Positions 15,215 through 29,320 of a stretch of 64,000 bases of DNA are shown here, in pieces (position 1 is the first letter of the stretch; each line of letters starts with the position of its first letter). The notes under the pieces were generated by a model. It saw nothing but the letters and a program-made list of their open reading frames with translations. It made no database searches and was not told the origin of the DNA. The DNA is from Flaccisagitta enflata (Eukaryota), in contig OZ231126.1 in assembly GCA_965153355.1 (NCBI GenBank), forward strand, positions 12,276,001 to 12,340,000, in the 5' to 3' direction. The position numbers and the translations under genes were made by a program.

Positions 15215-15592
15215 TACACAGTGCCCCGGATCCCACCACCACGAAAAATAAGTACCCGTCACCCCCTAATCACCACCAATTCACCTACACAGTGTCCCGG
15301 ATCCCACCACCACGAAAAATAAGTACCCGTCACCCCCCTTTCACCCCCTAATTACCACCAATTCACCTACACAGTGCCCCGGATCCCACCACCACGAAAA
15401 ATAAGTACCCGTCACCCCCCTATCACCCCCTAATCACCACCAATTCACCTACACAGTGCCCCGGATCCCACCACCACGAAAAATAAGTACCCGTCACCCC
15501 CCTATCACCACCAATTTACCTACACAGTGCCCCGGATCCCACCACCACGAAAAATAAGTACCCGTCACCCCCCTATCACCACCAATTCACCT
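15215..15592. repeat. Minisatellite, 5 units of ~70-83 bp (TACACAGTGCCCCGGATCCCACCACCACGAAAAATAAGTACCCGTCACCCCC...)
   Basis: Five near-identical copies, differing in the number of TCACCCCCTA sub-repeats. Confidence 0.92.
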
Positions 15593-15699
15593 CGAATAGA
15601 GAGGGAGATGCAAGGGATAGAGCAAAAGCTATGAGGCCGACCTTGGTAGAAGGAAAGTGGTTTTTCTTTAAATTGAATTTCCGTCTCTTCCACTATAAA

Positions 15700-15723
15700 A
15701 GAGGGGGAGGCGGAGAAGAAGAG

Positions 15724-15755
<32 letters not shown>

Positions 15756-16490
15756 AGAAGAAGAAGAAGAAGAAGAAGAAGAAGAAGAAGAAGAAGAAAG
15801 GAAGCGAAGGAATGTGTAGAAGAAGACGAGGAAGGGTGGGAAATAAAGAAGAAGAAGAAGAAGAAGGGAAGAAGAAGAAGAAGAAGAAGAAGAAGAAGAA
15901 GAAGAAGAAGAAGAAGAAGAAGAAGAAGAAGAAGAAGAAGAAGACGGAGATGACGAGGAGGACAAAAAAGATGAAAATATAGAATGAACCGAAGAACAAA
16001 GAGAAGACTATAAAGAAGAAGAAGAAGAAGACAAAGAGGGTGGAGAAGGAGAGGGAGAGAGCAAAGGTGAAAGAGAGGAGAGGAGAGAAGAAGAAGAAGA
16101 AGTTGGAAGGAGAACAAGAAGAAGTTAGAAGAAGAAGAAGAAGAAGAAGAAGAAGAAGAAGAAGAAGAAGAAGAAGAAGAAGAACTTGGACGAAGAAGAA
16201 GAAGTTGGACGAAGAGGAAGAAGTTGGACGAAGAGGAAGAAGAAGAAGGAGAAGTTGGAAGAAGAAGAAAAAGAAGGAGAAGTTGGAAGAAGGAGAAGAA
16301 GAAGTAAGAAGAAGAAGAAGGTTAAGAAGAAGTAAGAAGAAGAAGGAGAAGAAGAAGTAAGAAGAAGAAGGAGAAGAAGAAGTTGGAAGAAGGAGAAGAA
16401 GAAGAAGTTTGATGAAGCAGAAGAAGAAGAAGTTGGAACAAGAAGAAGTTTGAAGGAAAAGAAGATGAAAGAAGAAGAAGATGAAAGAAT
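15700..16490. repeat. (GAA)n-based polypurine tract
   Basis: Long pure and degenerate GAA runs. Confidence 0.95.
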
Positions 16491-17498
16491 CTATGAGGCG
16501 GGATTGGTCGTCTTTTTTCTTTAAGCGACGTTAGTAGGAAGCCTTCTTGACATCTTGACAATTTGCTCCCGACCGAAGTACAGAAATGGAGAGTAAAAAC
16601 GCAGAGAAAGGAAAAAGAAGAGAAGCACCCGTACAACTGGAGGCAGGAAAGATTCATGCTGCTGTCACTGCTGTTGCTGCTGCTCACTGGGATGATTTCA
16701 TAGCAGTTCTAAATTGAATTGCCAGGTTTTTAGAACTTTTTCAATTAGCCTTGAAACAATATTTGATTGAGGAAACACATTTGTGAAGTGAAGTTGATCT
16801 GTTTTGGCCTCTGTGAGTGTGAACTAATTCATAAAAGATTATCTTGTATCTAGTGCCAGTGCCGTGCGTGCAAGTATTCAATCACTGAAAAAATTTACAA
16901 GCTTGCTATGCAACTCATTTCCTTGCTTTGTTGGTCATTCTGCCATTCCCTCTTCCCCCCCTTTAGTTTATGACCTACACTGCCCCTACCAAAATACCCT
17001 TGTGGACTCCTCTATCATGGGTACCGGAATCATCATTGCCTATGTCCATTTGAACTGAGGTAGCTGTGTATCCGGCCTTGTCTTAGAAGGCGCTGAAAAT
17101 TTCAAAGTCATTCCAAAGTGTGAGCCGCGTTAACATAAAGGAAGAGTAAAGAATATAGAAAGAAATTGGTTAAAAGAAGAAAACTGTTGTCTCAGCAAGG
17201 CTCATATAACGTCCATTTCGGCTCAACCATGTATGTGACACATTGGATCCCGGACAAGTAAAAAGTGGAGCCGTTTCGCCCATCTGCACCCAATCTGTCA
17301 GATTCCTACGTGGTGAGCCCCGTCCGTTTCTTCCCATCTGTGACCACCATCTGCAACCATGTATGTGACTTCTTCATCCTGCAGACCTGCACAAATGAAA
17401 AGCGAGTTTTGCTCATCTGCACCCTGTTTCTTCCTACCCTACGGTTACGTGACCTATCCTTTCTTCCATAAGACATCTTCTCCATCTGACTTCTCCTA

Positions 17499-18486
17499 CA
17501 GTATGATTTTTTTCAAATGAAACAAAAGATGACGACATAAATCCTAAACAAATCAACATAATCAAATTCTGAAAAAAACGCCTGAAAGAGTAGGTTAGTG
17601 CATTTATTCATGCCAAATTTCAGCATTCCGACTCAAGTAGTTTTGCTTCAATTTACATTTACAGTGAAGATATCAATTTCTTCCTTCTCCTATGGCAAAG
17701 AAAAAAGGCAAACACTTTGTTTTGCTAATTTTGGCTTAACCAAGGACCTGAATCATAGAAAATCCATGACCGTTTGAAAGCTCTGCAAAAATTCTTCCAA
17801 ACGCGACGTTGCTGGTAATTGTAGCTTAATTCGATTATAAATGGCGAAGGTTTGAAGAAAAAAATCACTGATTGAAAAAAATGATCATTTCAATTTTTTT
17901 CAATAAGTAATTTTTGTTTTTTCATTTTTTTCAATGATGCAGCTCAGGATTGTCTTAGCTACTTGTTATCCATGAGCAAATTAAAGAGCTTCAAATTTTC
18001 TTTAAAATGGGACCAAGAACAAATTTCTGACTCAATGCATTTGATTTTTAAGTTAGAATAAAGATAACCCATGAAAATCACGTTGTGAAATTCCGTATTC
18101 TTGACTACCTAGTCTTCATTCTAATGCCATTTCTAAACGGATAGAGCTAGGATATCCAGCAAGGTCTCATGCGAAAGATCTTTCGCAGAGATTCAAAATG
18201 GTCATAGATTTTGCTATGTTTTTCTCATTGCTTGGATGTTAAACACTGACAAACAAGTAGTTCACTTTTTTTCTTTCGCCATAGTTAAAAAAAAGTTATT
18301 TCGGATGATTCATAGTTTGACTTCAAAAAGCGATTGAGGCTAAACTACTTGAGTCAGAATGCTGAAATTTGGCATGAATAAATGCACTAACCTACTCTTT
18401 CAGGCATTTTTTTCAGAATTTGATTATGTTGATTCGTTTAGGATTTATGTCGTCATCTTTTGTTTCATTTGAAAAAAATCATACTG
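17499..18486. mobile_element. Foldback MITE with long TIRs starting CAGTATGATT (Tc1/mariner-type termini)
   Basis: 17499-~17645 is the near-perfect reverse complement of ~18340-18486. Left flank TA, right flank TT. Same terminal 10 bp as 53788-54302. Confidence 0.85.
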
Positions 18487-18926
18487 TTCCATCTGACTAC
18501 CGAGTCACTTCTCTCCTGTCAGTCCTTCATTTCACTCATTTTACTCCGTGTAAAATTTACTCGCCATGTAAACAGCGCAATGGAACGGATTTTAAAGGAC
18601 CAAACGAATATCTCAAGTTATAGGCGGGATTCAGTAAAAAGCGGTGCGTTGGAGCGGGTTTCAACTGTATCTCCAATGTCCGACGTTCATTCTTTAGTTG
18701 CATCGACATCTAAATGAGGGATATTGTTCCACCTGTCATTCCCATGCTCTTGGCCTGCTCCCAATCCTCTTGTGACCTGATACTCTTCCCTTTATGGTCT
18801 GTTATGTCTCCTTTTCATTCGTTTCTTCGTCGTCGTCTCATTTCTCTTGCTTAGTGCTTACTACCCCCTCCCAAAATCCCTCCCCCGATTCTGATAGATC
18901 CACATGACAGCCCCATTTTTTTACCG

Positions 18927-19002
<76 letters not shown>

Positions 19003-19173
19003 CCTCTGACGTTCTTTCTCCCTCTTGCAACACAATTGAGCGTGTGACAATTGTGATTGGATGAGGTTGATTAAGGCCTTCATTTGAGATGCTAATGAAA
19101 TCAGGCGGAAAGCGATTCTTTTGTGGGAACCTCAAAACAGGATCATGGATGAAATTGGGAAGGGAGGGGGAGG

Positions 19174-19271
<98 letters not shown>

Positions 19272-19276
19272 GAGAA

Positions 19277-19429
19277 AACAAGGCCGGATACACGGCTACC
19301 CCAGTCGCGTGCGGGTGGGTAGGGGCCATATTTGGGGTCAATGGAGTAGTTGGGCAGGAGAGGTATAGCCAAAAGTAGTGTGACGGACCGACGGACGAAT
19401 TGTGTCATAGAGTAACGTGTATCGACTAA
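19277..19429 (-). mobile_element. HINE-like element, family B-type
   Basis: AACAAGGCCGGATACACGGCTAC is the reverse complement of the shared 3' end; GACG/GACC microsatellite; decayed 5' hairpin. Confidence 0.8.
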
Positions 19430-19844
19430 TATCGAACTATTTCAACCCAAAATTCAGGGCACATTTCATACAAAAAGATAATTGTGACTGTTCGACAGAC
19501 CGGCCGTAAATGTGCTTGTTGGGAAAAAAATCGAAAAACGTTTTTCGATTTTTTGAGTTCCGGGTTAGAAATTAATGTTTCCCTTTTTCGCTTGAGACAA
19601 TTTGAGGAAGTTGAGTAAGAACTAGGCTCGCCCGTGGCTGGGGTTGAAATTGGTACAGGGTGAAAGAGGGCACTTTTTTACACCTTCTGGAAAAAAGCAG
19701 GGCACTGTGGGACCAATACTCTAGGCGCTATGAATTTTTTAATCTTTTTTTATTTTTTCACATTTTCCGCATTTTTCTTAAAGATCAATATTTTTCATTG
19801 ATCTCAATTTTTGGCCCTAAGTAACAACAAAAATGAGTTCAGCA

Positions 19845-20289
19845 GAGGGCATAGGGAGGGTGAGGGAGGGAGGGAGGGAGGGAGGGAGGGAGAGCGTGAG
19901 AGGGAGAGGGAGAGGGGAAGGGAGAGGGAGGGAAAGAGGGAGGAGGGAGGGAAAGAGGGAGAGGGAAGGAGGGAGAGGAAGGGAAGGAGGGAGAGGGAGG
20001 GAGAGAAGGAGGAAAGAAGAGGGATGGAAAGAGGGAGGAAGGGAGAGGGGGAGGGAGAGGGAGGGAGGGGGAGGGAGAGAGAGGGACGGAGAGGGGGAGG
20101 GAGAAAGAAAGAGGGAGAGAGGAAGAAAGTTAGAGGGGAGGGGGAAAGAGGGAGAGGGAAGGAGGGTGAGGGGGAGGGAGGGAGAGAGGGAGGAGGAAGA
20201 GAGGGAGGGAGAGAGGGAGGGAGGGACAGAAGGAGAGAGGGACAGAAGGAGAGAGAGAGGGGAGAGGGAGAGAGGGGATGGAGATGGAG

Positions 20290-20331
<42 letters not shown>

Positions 20332-20362
20332 AGGGAGGGAGGGAGGGAGGGGGAGAGAGAGA

Positions 20363-20410
<48 letters not shown>
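19845..20410. repeat. G/A polypurine low-complexity tract
   Basis: Almost pure GGGA/GAGG/GA on the + strand. Confidence 0.92.
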
Positions 20411-20411
<1 letters not shown>

Positions 20412-20520
20412 AGAGAGAGAGACAGACAGACTGACAGAGAATGACAGCCACAGAGAGAGAGACAGCGACAAAGACACAGCGAAACAGACACAAACAACAC
20501 ACATGCACACACACACACAC

Positions 20521-20610
<90 letters not shown>

Positions 20611-20766
20611 CAGCCCTTACGATTTTTTTCCGGTCGGCGAGAGCCGCCTTTACTGGTAGAGAGGCGTGGACACGGACCAAGAAGGAAATCGTTGAAGGAT
20701 ATAGCACGGTATGTATTGAGATCCTGCCTGCATGAGAAAGACTTAGATCTGAGGCAGTACATATCG

Positions 20767-20855
<89 letters not shown>

Positions 20856-21094
20856 AAGCACATGTATTATTCGAAGTGAACCAGCCATGCGAAGGATTAT
20901 GAGAAGATTAAAAGCTTCCTGTGTGAGAAAGTCGATATATTGGGTTTTTACCACCGATATAGACCGAGAACGAGAGAACGAGAGAATGTTGCTGTAGTTT
21001 GATATGTTGTTACTCAAGAAAAAGAATCTAGTGCTTCTCTTCACAATCGCTCAGCGTATTTCCCCTTCCTTTCAGTCAGCAGCCTCAAAAAGGC

Positions 21095-21265
21095 TGTTTC
21101 GAGGGGTCACAATATCATTGCAGACGGGTGGGCACAATCAAACACAACCGCAGTATCTGAAAAGCGTGTTTCGCACTTTTTTACCCAATCATCACAGACG
21201 GACCGACAAACTGGCGGACAGACAAAGGCACAAAGCCTCTTATAGAGTTGCGTCTCAGCATCTAA
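21095..21265 (-). mobile_element. HINE-like element (degenerate), back-to-back with the next copy
   Basis: CCTCTTATAGAGTTGCGTCTCAGCATCTAAA 5' end on the - strand; 3' region (GATATTGTGACC on - strand) matches the end type seen at ~62110. Confidence 0.65.
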
Positions 21266-21288
21266 AGAAGAGGTTAGTTTTTGCATTT

Positions 21289-21536
21289 TTAGATGCGTCC
21301 ACGCATCTTTATGAGAGGCTTTGTCGGTCGTCGGTCCATCCCTGAGTCCGTCTGTCCATAACGCACGAGTCAAAAATGGTTAATACTCAAGAAAATCACC
21401 CAAAATGTTAAGTCATTGCCTCATTCCACATGATTGATGCAATATTGCATCATTCCACATGATTGATGCAATATTGCATCATTGCTAACAAGCTAAACCG
21501 CATGTGGACGCATCGTTGTACCCTCGGGGTACTTGT
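21289..21536 (+). mobile_element. HINE-like element, family A
   Basis: TTTTTAGATGCGTCCACGCATCT; subterminal GGACGCATC; 3' hairpin GTACCCTCGGGGTAC followed by TTGT; internal 29-bp duplication at 21421-21478. Confidence 0.8.
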
Positions 21537-21779
21537 ACATTTGTGCAAACGAAGCTTGATTTTGGTTTTTTGAGGACCCAAAGTTCAAAAGCCGGGTTTG
21601 GGTCTTTTCAGGCTAGATTTGGGCTTAGGAGTTAAATATGGGCATTAGAAGCTGGGAATCCAGATTTTTTTTTTCTAAATGTTAGATTTCTCATAGGTAG
21701 TAGAACTGGCACCTTCTATTTTTGAGGATGTGGTATTAATCATACGAAAAGGATGATGGAAAAGGTAAGGGTATCACTG

Positions 21780-21830
<51 letters not shown>

Positions 21831-22059
21831 TCTCTCTCTCCCTCCTGTAAATTGACTCAAATGCGAGTGATTCACTTCTTCTTCGAGGGAGTCTTGGGGA
21901 TGCATTCACGCTGCAATTCTGTTACACCACGCCATGTCCATACCGCCTCTGAGTGTGAACACACTCCAGTTATCCTTGGAATTCAGATTGTGTGAGGTTT
22001 ATGAGGAGTGAGTGGGAAAAAAAGCGAACGCCACCGCACAGCGAGAGCGAGAGAGAGAG

Positions 22060-22131
<72 letters not shown>

Positions 22132-22352
22132 GGAGAGAGCGAGAGAGTTTGCACATGATAGGTTTAGGGGAAAAGGTGAATCCAATACGCTCAGGGGTGA
22201 TCCCCGCATCCTCGCTGTGAGATTTCTACCATCTTGAGCGTAGGGCCATTAGCGGGATTGGCTGGAATTTTCCATCTCTTTGCATCTTTTAACATCTTCT
22301 AATTTACTTAATGAGTTCTTAATTCCAGCTGCTATTCAACCTCTATTTCTCT

Positions 22353-22395
<43 letters not shown>

Positions 22396-23211
22396 CTTAT
22401 GAAGGAAAAAAGCCCCGCGAGTTTGTAAATGATGTGCGACACCCCCGAAAACACTTGTATACGTTACCATGTGATGCAGGAAACACCAAGTTTATGTAGA
22501 AACACGCACAACTGCTATTCCTGATGGCATGGCAGCAACACATACATACGGTTTTATCTGATTTTTTTTGATCATGCATCCGCGTTATTTCATTTCCTGT
22601 CTGAAACTGTCGACAGTATTTGGGGATTCCGTTTGATTGATTTTATTATGAAGTTTTAGCTTTTTTCGCCGTTTTGTAAATTTCCCAAATCTAAGGATAG
22701 ACATAGACATAAAGATCACCTATTTACCTTACTATTGTCCTGGTTCCCTCAAGATTTGTACTCGTGACTATGCATGAAAATGTCTGCTATTTTTCTTTTC
22801 TTTTCGACGCCCACACTCTTAACATGGCCATGACAAAATCATTCAATATATTCAGATGAGCTTCAGTAGAATACATGCCAAGGGACTAAGCAAAATTATG
22901 CCTCTCGTTGCCAACATGGAAAGGAGTAGAGAAACAAGGATAAAAAATTAAATCATATACCTTGTAGGCGGGTATGCCTTGGTATCGGGTGCGCTATGGC
23001 TAGTTACGCTCAACCCAAATGCTGTCACATCCTTTGCTTTGTATGACGACGACACTACCCATTCCCACCCCCTCCTTCATGCTGTCAACACCACGCCTCA
23101 TCACCCCCTTCTCCTTCCCCCCCAACCGCCCCCTCCTTGCTGTCACCTCTCTTGCTCGGTACAACGGCGACACCTTGTCATTATCTCTTGGCAACTCTCC
23201 TGATAATAATG

Positions 23212-23273
<62 letters not shown>

Positions 23274-23319
23274 GCAGGATTATTTTTCACTAATGAATTT
23301 TGGAACGGCTCTCTCTCAG

Positions 23320-23405
<86 letters not shown>

Positions 23406-23682
23406 AGTGGATAAAGAGAGAAAGAAAAATAAGTCGAGGTGGAAATGTCCTTATCTTTGCCAAGCCATATGCAAATTGCCGGTTATTAGCGCCACCGTTT
23501 CACGAATTACCTTGAAAATGGGAAAGGGTGGCGCAAATGGAGTTGAGAAAGGGGGGGCACAAATGGGAGATGATGGGGGGGGGGGCACATGTGGGGGTGA
23601 TTCAGGGCACAAATGGGGGATGATTGAGGGGGGGGGGCACCAATAGGGATGATTCGGAGCACAAATTGGGGTGAGATGGGGG

Positions 23683-23937
23683 TAAGGCCTTGCGGGTTTG
23701 GCCGTGAGAAGGCCGAGGCTCGGTTTTGAGGCTAAACCCGAAATTCGGTTTTGCTTTCAAAACCGACCTTTCTTTCTAGGATTTTTTTACCTCTATATCA
23801 TTCTTTCATTCTATCATTCATCAAACTATTTTCTTTTTTTTCTCACCTTTATCATCAAATTATGTGTTTATATGTGTCTGTCTGTCTATCTGTCTGTTTC
23901 TCTCTCGGTCTCTGTTTCTCTTTTACTCTCTCTCTCT

Positions 23938-24019
<82 letters not shown>

Positions 24020-24360
24020 CTCTCTTTTCTTTTTTTCTCTCTCTCTTTATACTTGCATTTATTTCTTTATTTTTTTCTTATTATGTTGTCCAAACAAATT
24101 TTTTTCCCTTTTTGCTCATATTTTTTCTCTGTTTTTTTTTTTTTTTTTTTTTTTGCTGTTTCACTATGTATGTGTGTGTTTGTTCATTTTCTTTTTTTTT
24201 TCTCTCATTTTTTTTCTCTCATTTCTTTTTTCTATCTATATTTTTTTTACTACATTTACTAAAAAACCGATGTAAACCCGACATAAACCCGAGGAAAGGT
24301 TTTGGGGTGTTCCGAACCCAAACCGAAACCGCGGAAAAAAACGCCATACGCAAGGCCTTA
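23683..24360. mobile_element. Non-autonomous hAT-type element
   Basis: 12-bp perfect TIR TAAGGCCTTGCG/CGCAAGGCCTTA, perfect 8-bp TSD GATGGGGG, subterminal AAACCG/AACCCG motifs. Confidence 0.88.
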
Positions 24361-24974
24361 GATGGGGGCACAAATGGGGATGAGATGGGGGGCAAAATGG
24401 GGAAGAAATGGGGGGGGGGGAACACATAGGGGTGAGATTGGGTGGCACAGTAGGGGTGGAATCTAAGAGGCGTCAACGCGCAATGGGGGTGTGATGAGGT
24501 TGAGATGGGATGGTGTGCAGGGGGTATGTCGAGGTGACGCAATCAGGTTTGAGATCTAGAGTGGGTAGTTGGGGATACATCTGAAAAGGTTTTGGGTACT
24601 CTTTGTCACTGTAAAGGGGGTACAGATAGAAGGAACAAGCTGTCTCTAAAGAGGCGTAATGGATAGACAAACTGACGGACGGACGGAAAAACGGAAGGAC
24701 GAACAGATGAACAAATCTTTTAAGAAATACGCGAGTGTAATTAAAAATGTAAGAATGAACTGTTCAAATTGGGCTGCTGTCAACATTGCTTTTGCAAAGA
24801 ATTTGTCATGGAAGTAATGTGAGAGTGTCTTGGGGGAATTACATGGGGGATGCAGCATGAAGCAGGAATTGGATTATCTTTTTGACTTTTTGGCCGTAGA
24901 AATGTGCAATAAAACAAAACAGCCAATCAATAGTGCGTAAAAAAAAACGCCAATCTTTTTCACTGATTTTTTAG

Positions 24975-25237
24975 GGGTCACGTGGCGGACGTAGCGGTGC
25001 TCCGAATCGATCGGCGCCAGTAAGCGGAAGTGGCGTCTCCACGCGTCGATCTACAACGGGATTGTCGCCGAAAAAGTCTCCGTCTGCCGATTCGCAAATT
25101 TCTACCGGAAGTTCTTCTGCCGGAAATTTTTTGCAGCCGATGAATCCAATGGAAAGTGTCGTTGGTGAAAAATCTGCTTCCACTTCCGCTTCCGCTTCTA
25201 CTTCCTCGTCCGCTTCCACCTCCGTCTCTCCCAAGAA
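24975..25237 (+). CDS. Penultimate Ser-rich coding exon (phase 0 to 2; GSRGGRSGAPNRS...STSVSPK)
   Basis: TTTTTTAG acceptor, GAA|GTGAGA donor, 263 nt open frame, phase-compatible with the exon at 27977. Confidence 0.7.
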
Positions 25238-26148
25238 GTGAGACAGAAAGCGGTTTCAGTGAATATATAAAGTTTCGAGTGTTCAGATGCACTATTTTCT
25301 TCAGTATTTACTCATTTAGATTTACGTCCAGGTATCAGAGGAATTTATGCGTCTTAGACTCAACAAAAGAATATATCTTTTAAAGAACTCTGACAGATCA
25401 AAACAAGGTCATTAAACCTCAGTCGCGGCCGTCGGCACTTTCATAAAAGTCAGACAGACAAACTTTTTTTTTCGAAAAGACATTTGAAATAGCTATTTAC
25501 TACTCCCAAGTTTCTTTTCTATTATTCAGAAACATGAAAAATGCGATAAAAAACTTTAAAACAACTTTGTGAGGGACCGACGGACGGACCGAGAAGTGGC
25601 TTATAGAGTCGCGCAGCTCGCGACTAAAAATTGTAATCCTGTGTTTTAAAGGCGGGTTTGCCATTATGTTGGTTGTGCTATTGCGAGGCGCAACTGTATG
25701 TTCGTTTGGTTGCTACGATATTTTAAAATTTGACGAGGGGTTGTAACATTAAGATAGAAGAGAACAAAGTCAGTGAGGGCTCACAAGGTAGATAGCGAAA
25801 AATAAACCCTGTTTCTCTTCAGTCACAACCTCGAATTTTTGTCTGAATGTCCGCGATGGTCACGCGAGTGCGTACATCAAATTTCAAGTCAATATCTTCA
25901 ATAGTTTAGAAGATATAACATTTTTTCTATGTTTAAATCCAGCTTCGATAGGAAACAATTTTAAAACGGCTTTCAAACCTAACTCAACTACCAACTGACT
26001 TTTGATTTACTCTGCTAAGTGGAAGAAATACTTAATGAGCGCGAAGAAACCGCGCGCGAAGAAGCATTCTAATGAATGCAAGCAATGCGGGTGAACCTTA
26101 GCCGTGCGCGTAAATAAATGAATCCTTCGCCAAATCGAGAAGGGAGAG

Positions 26149-26365
26149 AGGTACTGCGCACAACGCAATCCTCCCTATTACTTCTGTACTGGTAACGGGT
26201 CAGGGATCTTTGAAGAAAGGGTCAAGGATCTTCTTGATGATTATTGATTGATCTCAGTCAGTTCTCTTATTCTTTTAGATCTTTTTGGATCTTTCCGGAT
26301 CCAGATCTGGAGCTACTGTTAATGCATCAATCTGATTCAATGCATGACACTCAGTGTTTATATGT

Positions 26366-26434
<69 letters not shown>

Positions 26435-26903
26435 AAAGAATATAGGCTGAAAAGCGCCATGTCAAAACTTCAGAAATTTTTTGCCTCAAAAATTTTTTTG
26501 CTTCAAAATTTTTTCGCTTCAAAATTTTTTTTACCTTCAAAATTTTTCTCCTTTTTAAATTTTTTTGCTTGAAAAATTTTTTCACTTTAAAAAATTTTTT
26601 TGCTTCAAAATTTTTTTTCATTTTAAAATTTTTTTCCTTTGAAATTTTTTTCGCTAAAAAATTTTTTTCCTTTAGAATTTTTTGTGCTTAATTTTTTTTA
26701 CTCGATGATCATTGCGAAAAAATTTTTCTTACTTGATGATTATTGCAAAAAAATTTTTCAAGTGAAGAATTTTTTCAAGCGATGAAATTCAAAAAAGAGA
26801 AAAATTTTAAAGACAAAAAAAATTTTGAAGCAAAAAAATTTTGAAGCAAAAAAATTTTTGTAGCAAAAAATTTTTGAAGCTTTAACATAGTGCTTTTCAG
26901 CTT

Positions 26904-26947
<44 letters not shown>

Positions 26948-27168
26948 TTTCACATGTAAACACTGAGTGTCATGCATTGAATCAGATTGATGCACTAACA
27001 GTAGCTCCGGATCTGGATCCGGAAAGATCCAAAAAGATCTAAAAGAATAAAAGAACTGACTGAGATCAATCAATAATCATCAAGAAGATCCTTAACCCTT
27101 TCTTCAAAGATCCCTGACCCGTTACCAGTACAGAAGTAATAGGGAGGATTGCGTTGTGTGCAGTGCCT
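26149..27168. mobile_element. ~1-kb foldback element
   Basis: Left arm is the reverse complement of the right arm over ~400 bp, including a mirrored (GA)n/(TC)n. Centre is A/T-tract repeats. No clear TSD. Confidence 0.88.
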
Positions 27169-27976
27169 GGGACGATGATTCACGTGTATCAATTAGCAGT
27201 ATAGGGCCGGATCGAGCATAAGATATTTTGGGGCCAGATTGATTTTAAGCTGCACAGAAAACAACCTACTAACAATAACGGCCCATAATGAGGATAACTT
27301 AATCAAAACTCAAAGGAGGGGCCGTATTAAAAAAAAGACTTGTGTTTTTTCAGCCTCTTTCAGCGGGAGGATGCGATCATTTGCCAGTATGTCATCAATA
27401 AATTAAATACTACCTATTGTTATTATTTCGCGCTATAAATTTTCCATTGGAATCCAAAGCAGAACTACGAGATCTATGCATTGGTGCCACTCCCAGGGTA
27501 ATAGAAGGTGGCGTTTAGCCGTACAGGCAATATCTTACACGCAGTTGAGTTTGATTTCAGAGCAAAATCATAACTGTTCCAACCCTCATGCCCATCTTGT
27601 TCAAGCCCTACACAAGGCCCTCTTCCATATTTTTAGTTTGGGTATACATGAGCAAGAGATCGTTTCACTGCAAGAGCTTAGAACTGGGGTACTACCCTAC
27701 ACTTTCTCAAATGATTAAGTCAAGCGGTTTTTAAATTTTTAAACAGAGAATAAATGGAAAAACATTATGGACAGTACCTACAGTAAGCTTTTCTTGCGCT
27801 CTTTTTCTTTCTTTTTTTCGGAAGACTTTTCTAGTCATAGTTTTCTTTAAAACGCATGGGGGAGATTTATTTACGAAAAAAATCAAGGCGCAGAATGCCA
27901 TGGAAACGACCGGATAAGACTCTTACAAATGGTGAGGGATGTTGTTCCACCTGTCATACGTCTTTGATCCTATCAG

Positions 27977-28226
27977 GTCGAAGCGACGTAACCAAAAATC
28001 GTCTAAAAGACGCCCAACGGCTGAAAAAGATAATCTTGAAGAAGTCCAACAGAGGGAGAAAGAGGCAAAAACAGAAGGTCAACAACAACAACCACCACCG
28101 CCACAGAAACCACAACGTTCGCGGACCAGATCGAACAACAACAATAACAGCAGTGGCATAAGCAGCAGCAGCAGCAGCATTGCGCAACGTGAGAAGTCGG
28201 AGAGTGGTCAAGTTTCTCAAGTATAA
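27977..28226 (+). CDS. Terminal coding exon (SKRRNQKSSKRRP...SGQVSQV*)
   Basis: CCTATCAG acceptor, phase 2 matches the previous exon, open to TAA at 28226; basic, Gln/Pro, Asn and Ser tracts. Confidence 0.7.
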
Positions 28227-28573
28227 ATGATGAAGTCTTTCCCCCGCCGACTGCAGGGGGTGTGGGATACAAGAGTGCGGTCGACTGACTTTATCTTGGG
28301 TGTAGGTCTGTTTATAAAATAACATCTTAGCATCCGTAAATATATACAAACTGGAGTTTTGACCTATCAAGAAGCGAAGGAAGTCTCTCTATGACTCTAT
28401 CTCATCCCTTTTTTCCCGAGGGACTCAAATTACATGAAGCTCGGTCTTAAATAATAGAAGTTACTTACGGACGTCATTTGATACAGCGGCCCAGTGCAGT
28501 ACAGTGGCTCTTTTAACCGAAAACTTCCATTTTAGTCGCTCTGTAATTGCGGTCAAATTCCTACGGGGTCAGT

Positions 28574-28646
<73 letters not shown>

Positions 28647-28696
28647 TGTCTTTTATATTTTGCCACTATTATTCCTTTACTCGCGATTCGATTATA

Positions 28697-29320
28697 CAGT
28701 GAGGCTCATAAAAAAGTTTCCAGTTTTGTCATTAACATTTTGCAGGTTTTATAAATAATGAAAGCAATTTATTAGTGAGATTATTGTAGGATTTTTTGTT
28801 TTCTTGAATTTGAGTCCAATCTCAGATTTCTAGCTCTTTCCGTTTAGGCGTGACATTGATTTGAAGGAGTACATATCAAAATTGGCTTGGGAAAAAAGAG
28901 CAAAAAATTATGATATTTTGCCTGATAGAAAACATGACTAGTTAACTTTAAACTTATGTCATTTCAAAACGAATCAAGCCACAAACTTCTGCTTGGTCTA
29001 GATTTGTAGAGTTTTTGAAGTTCTTTAAAATGGTCATGGATATGGTTTATGAATCATAGATGGTTTTCTATATATTTAAAGAAAACAAGATCAACCTTGT
29101 GTACTGTCAAAGGCTGTTTGCTTCCAAGCAGAAGTAAATTGCTTATCATCTTTGTACCTTTATAGTTTTTTAATAATTTGAGCCACATAAATGGAGTTGG
29201 ACTAGATTTGTAGAGTTTTTGAAAAAGTTTAAAAATCTCATGGATTTTAATTGTTTAAAGTGGCCACAATTGAAATAACTAGCTTCTAATCTGCTGGATA
29301 CTTTTTTATGAGCCGCACTG
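28697..29320. mobile_element. Tc1/mariner-type MITE
   Basis: TA|CAGTGAGGCTCATAAAAAAGTTTCCAG ... CTGGATACTTTTTTATGAGCCGCACTG|TA; internal direct duplication near 28977 and 29180. Confidence 0.88.

Noticed and set aside
16587-16718. Short + strand ORF MESKNAEKGKRREAP…
   Set aside because: Short, no supporting splice structure or homology cue.
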